Source: Nemertoderma westbladi | Taxonomy: Eukaryota > Animalia > Xenacoelomorpha | Reading direction: 5' to 3' | Length of the DNA: 39,085 nucleotides | Assembly: GCA_032718475.1 (NCBI GenBank) | Contig: JAUCBJ010004962.1 | Coordinates: forward strand, 1 to 39,085 | In this document: positions 37,837-39,085 of the stretch, one piece after another | Numbering within the stretch: the first letter of the stretch is position 1 | Layout: every line of letters starts with the position of its first letter | Translations under genes and position numbers: made by a program | Notes under the pieces: model-generated | What the model saw: only the letters and a program-made list of their open reading frames with translations | Told to the model about the DNA's origin: nothing | The model's database searches: none

Positions 37837-38079
37837 TAGGCGTTCAATGATAGTAAGAAGTATTGTTCGCTGAAGGCCATTTTTTATTCTATTTAATAAA
37901 TACACTATGTTCTGGAACATTTTGTTTATGTTTGAATAGCTAAGCGATAGAGATATTGTATAGGCATATCCCTGTTGCCCACCATCTCACAAAATAAAAA
38001 ACACGTTCTAGAATTTTGTGTATTTTTTAAATAGAATAAATGGCGAACAATAATAATTCTTGCAATCTTTGAACGCCTA
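37837..38079. mobile_element. Degraded MITE with ~80-bp imperfect TIRs
   Basis: TAGGCGTTCAATGATAGTAAGAA...TTATTCTATTTAA...TTCTGGAAC pairs imperfectly with GTTCTAGAA...TTAAATAGAATAA...TTCTTGCAATCTTTGAACGCCTA. Confidence 0.6.
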
Positions 38080-38477
38080 TTTCTCAATGAAATTCAGATA
38101 TTGTTACATATTTGGAATCCTTGTAACGAAAGCTTTCTAATGATATGAAAAATTACGACTAATGTGGAGAATGGCAATGATACGGATGGTGTGATTTCGC
38201 AAAAGACACTTTTTAAAACGCTTATAAAAAAATTTAAAGGCGAAATCGAAAATTCCGGCTTCATGGTAACAACCACGGTGAGTTAAACTAGTTGTGTTTC
38301 AAATTTCAAGCCATATGATAAAGATTTGTAGAAAAATTTGGGGGGGGGGGGGTGGGGTGTTCCGTGTCATCAGAAAATGACACTATATTACGGGTCATGG
38401 TGTATGTTGATTATGTGATTGCATTAAGTTTGTGGACATATTGAAATAGAAACAAATATAATAATTTGGCACCATAC

Positions 38478-38712
38478 CTTCAATTTGTGTCCAGGTGGAA
38501 CCTTCAGAACATTGACCGTACGTTCCTTCTCTATGAAATATTGAATCTCCACCATCAATACCCCAGACGCCGGATAATCCTACAGAGACCCATTTCCAAT
38601 TCTTAGGGCCGTCAATGACACTCCATGATGCAGCGTCTCCACTGGTTATCCGTATAAATACAGCTATTAGAACGACTAGTCCCAACGCTATACTCCCACC
38701 GGTTGAAAACAT
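38478..38712 (-). CDS. Tectonin lectin coding exon 1 (signal peptide plus first blade)
   Basis: MFSTGGSIALGLVVLIAVFIRITSG (hydrophobic leader), then WKWVSVGLSGVWGIDGGDSIFHREGTY. Donor GAAG|GTATGG is phase 1 and joins to give WTQIEGALKQISVG. An acceptor-like tttatccaacag lies 6 nt upstream of the ATG. Confidence 0.88.
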
Positions 38713-38779
38713 GTTTCTCTGTTGGATAAATAATAAACTCAATTTCAACATCACTACCAACTCGTTGGGAAGATCAGCC

Positions 38780-39085
38780 TGTTTATCACCTTATTAGGTG
38801 GGAGTGGGGCTACTGGCTGAGCTGGTTAGTGCTACTGATGAGGCCTGTTAGGCCGAAACGTACGTATAGCGGTGGTTCAACCCCCGGTTACCAGCAGTTT
38901 GAGCAGACCAGCCAAAATCTTCTCAGGCTCACTTTCCTTGATAACATTGCCAAATTGGAAGGGCAGTGTGATTTTGGGGTGGCATTGGTTGGCAACATAC
39001 AGGACAACCCGCACATCCTGACATCAGCAATACAGCGCCCATAGCAACTGCAGCGCCGAATCATCTGCATAGCGAGAGCATACAA
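38780..39085 (-). mobile_element. Possible 3' end of a LINE carrying the hammerhead in antisense
   Basis: A minus frame reads VCSRYAD...EKILAGLLKLLVTGG* (one internal stop), loosely like the end of a LINE ORF2 Cys-His region. It is cut by the window edge. Confidence 0.3.
38831..38870 (+). ncRNA. Minimal type I hammerhead ribozyme
   Basis: GCTA-CTGATGA-GGCCT-GTT-AGGCC-GAAA-CGTACG-TA-TAGC: stem I GCTA/TAGC, intact core, stem II, palindromic short stem III (ACGTACGT) and a GUA cleavage triplet at 38864-38866. Confidence 0.85.

Overview
Eukaryotic (animal) genomic DNA with spliceosomal introns. The gene content suggests a ciliated marine invertebrate, possibly non-bilaterian; this is inference only. 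There are two host genes, both on the minus strand. (1) The first five coding exons of an axonemal dynein heavy chain, DNAH1-like (6558 to 232, continuing off the left edge). Its third intron begins with a 41-bp tandem array (73 donor copies, 1766-4745) built from the exon's own 3' end plus its 5' splice site. (2) A giant secreted tectonin-repeat lectin (38712 to 25783, about 2670 codons, ten six-bladed beta-propellers, nine of them in a 798-bp tandem array) interrupted by one in-frame TGA. Between the genes lie about 18 kb of mostly nested, decayed transposons: a CR1/L2-like LINE with a young CRE-like insertion, a BEL/Pao element with a Gypsy element and a MITE inside it, and a Sola-like transposase. 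The lectin intron holds an RTE-like LINE and a ~1.1-kb near-perfect palindrome with Penelope-like ends. A minimal type I hammerhead ribozyme sits at 38831-38870. All family assignments come from motif recognition by eye; no database search was run.
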